Shown here piece after piece: positions 61,341 to 64,000 of a stretch of 64,000 nucleotides of DNA. Made by a program: the position numbers and the translations under genes. The notes beneath the pieces were generated by a model. It worked only from the letters and a program-made list of their open reading frames with translations, was not told the origin of the DNA and ran no database searches. How positions within the stretch are numbered: position 1 is the stretch's first letter; each line of letters opens with the position of its first letter. The stretch comes from the human T2T-CHM13v2.0 reference genome, Homo sapiens: assembly GCF_009914755.1 (NCBI RefSeq), contig NC_060927.1; one strand, given 5' to 3'.

Positions 61341-63675
61341 ATAAAGAAATAAAAATATTATGTATTTTAAAAAGAAAACAATAGGTTACTAAGAGGTTGT
61401 GTTATAAATAATGATTACAGCTGAACGAAAGTACTAAAAATGTAAATGATGACAAAATGATAGATGAGAGTAAATAGAACTTAGTATTTGGAAGTAAAAT
61501 AAAGAGCAGGAACAAAAAAGGATGATTGCTTACTAGCTGCTGTTCTTAGACAAATAAACCCTTATTCTCTGAAAGTTTACCTTAGCATTTCAGCAGCTGA
61601 CAATAATAAAAAGGAGTAAGAGGTATGAAAAATTACATGTCGTTTTACAATCACTTCCGTGCTTTGTCTGTTTGCTCCATTGTGATGGTTCAGATGGTTC
61701 CATTTGACCCCAACCTCTAGCTGTTCCAACCTCAGAACCAATATTTATTGCCACATATGGGCTGCGCATGGCAGCTGCAAAATCCAGATGCCAAGCTTTG
61801 GAATGTATTTTTACGGCAGCACCATCTGGGGCTCTGGCCAGCCTTCTTTATTGTCTCTTGAATGTTTACACTAATAGCTTTGCTGGGCTGTGGCACTACC
61901 TGTGGGACACGCTGAGGGTCAGGCCGTTTATGAGCTCATCTTGTCATTCTAGTTAGAATTTCCCTTTAAATGTCTCTCACCTGCTATCAACTTATTCCTT
62001 TTAATGTATCTACAATGTCTGACGAAAGTAATAAAACAGGCGGTCATCGAGACTAGGAAAGAAAAGGACTGTTTTCACAGCGGTGGGTCCATGTTATTCA
62101 TGGGTTCTCAGCAGCCCATTTGTGAGTTTTGGGGGGAAATAAAATACTTTTTCAATTTACTGAATATATTATTTTGCTTATATTTCATTGAAATAGAAGA
62201 TATACATTATTATAGCCCTTAACCCAACTTACTGGAGTAGCATATTGATCTCTAAGGGAGGTGATAATACTCCACAGCACAAATGAACAGTATTTTAATT
62301 CCTAGGGAAACTTAAAAAAATAGTTTATTTTTAGCAATCAATGAGTTGAGTTATTTGAAGATTCACCTGCAACTTAGGATGGATAAATGACTATTTGTGA
62401 TCCTTAGAACCATGATTTAGGGAATTCCTCAAAGGTGATTCAAGCAGATTCATGGTTTTGAATTGTGAGGAACCCGTCATTCTAAAGGAACTAATGCAAC
62501 ACGAAGATTCAGCTCAAGTAATAATTTAGCGTGTTATATCCAGCAAAGGGAATCAGCTCTGAGAGTTTAAATGACTTATCCAAGGTCCCACAAGCGGTAG
62601 ATCCAGAGTCAAAGTGAAGATGAAGTTTGTCCAATTATTCGATGACAGTAGGACTTGTCAGGAGAGTCAATCCTGATCATCGAGCCCCCGAAATGATGAA
62701 ATGACCTGAATGATTGTGCGACGTCCCTATTTGCTTTCACTGCCCCGACACTCGTTCTGCCCCAGTGGGTAACCTCACCTTTTGGGGGTGGCTTTGTGGG
62801 TGGAGGCTGTGGAGCAGGACTGCAGTCAGACAAGGAACATGAAGGAAACTGCGTTTGTGTGACCTCTTGGAAGCCTCCTCCTGGTAGCTGGGCTTCCTGG
62901 GATTGTCACAGAGAGACTGCCATCTCAGAAGTAGTGACAAAATTAGGCATTCCCAGGCTCACGGTTTCTAATCAATCAGCCTGTCACGTATCTGAGGAGA
63001 TATTTCAGAGTGAAGATAGCGTATGGGAAAGCAATTTCCTTGGACTTCTGCCTCTGAGTTCTATGTCTGGAGTAGAAATGAGGTGCTTAGTGTTAAACAA
63101 AGCCAAGTAGGGAGACAGTGATGTGACTCTTATGCATGCCTGGACCAAAATGGCAAATGTGTGCCTGGGGAAGCCACAGGAGGCTCCCAGAAGCAGCCTT
63201 CCAGGTTCTGCAGACACTTAAGAAAACAGCCACAATTAGGTCCAAGGGAAGGGTGATATTCTCTCCAAAGACAGTTTAAATAAGAAAGAGCTGTTAAAGC
63301 TTTCCTGTAGGCTGAGGATAGACCTTTTAAAATGATATTTAGTCTCAGGAAAAAAGAAGACATATTGTTATAATGTGTTGTCAGTTCTCTAAGGAAATGG
63401 CATAAAAAGGAGATTTTATTGTGGCTTAATCCTTTGTTCTGGAGAATCTGCGCTTTTATATACAGTATATATTTTAATGAAAACCATGACAAGATTACTA
63501 TTCATAAATCAGCAGTGAAATACTAAGGACATAGATGCTCACAGCTGCATGCATGTGTGCAGGAGGTGAGGGGGGTGGTGCATGTATTTTTTCAAATGGG
63601 TTCATTACCACAATTGGAAGAAAATCAATGCAACTATGGCAAAACCTCATTGCTTTGTTGCCAAAGGATTTCTGA

Positions 63676-63844
<169 letters not shown>

Positions 63845-64000
63845 GATTTCATTCTTTGTGTGAAGGAGATAGGAGAAGGGCTTTCAGCACTCTGAAGTAT
63901 CCTTAAATTGATTGATGTATTCTCAAACTCTCTGAAAAATAGTGGCTTCAAGTTGCCCGCCTCATAATTTTTGCCACTTCAAATTTGTACATTCTATTTC

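Noticed and set aside
62693-62720. ATGATGA...CTGA as a C/D box snoRNA
   Set aside because: The boxes are only a few nt apart, and there is no distal D box or terminal stem.

Overview
AT-rich, CpG-depleted hominoid (most likely human) non-coding DNA. I recognise no host protein-coding exon, rRNA, tRNA or snRNA, and cannot name the locus. The window is dominated by transposable elements: a full-length ~6.1 kb L1PA (about L1PA4 age) on the minus strand with a 16-bp TSD and broken ORF1/ORF2, about 21 Alu copies or monomers, solo LTRs (LTR12/ERV9, two LTR1-like, MER4-like, MLT1, MST with internal sequence, THE1), Tigger-derived MITEs, and old L1M, L2 and MIR fragments. Most long or repeat-overlapping ORFs in the supplied track derive from these repeats. 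I see no convincing new biological system. The best leads are: (i) an open, strong-Kozak L1 ORF0 extended to 162 codons that reads out of the element into flanking DNA; (ii) two convergent TE promoters (L1 antisense promoter and LTR12); (iii) a non-repeat module at ~44.4 kb combining NF-kB, CRE, FOX and TATA motifs with exon-like splice signals; (iv) CTCF and E-box clusters at 57-63 kb; (v) several repair or insertion scars. A minus-strand bias of L1s and LTRs hints that the window lies in an intron of a plus-strand transcript. Subfamily names come from remembered consensus sequences and need confirmation with RepeatMasker/Dfam.
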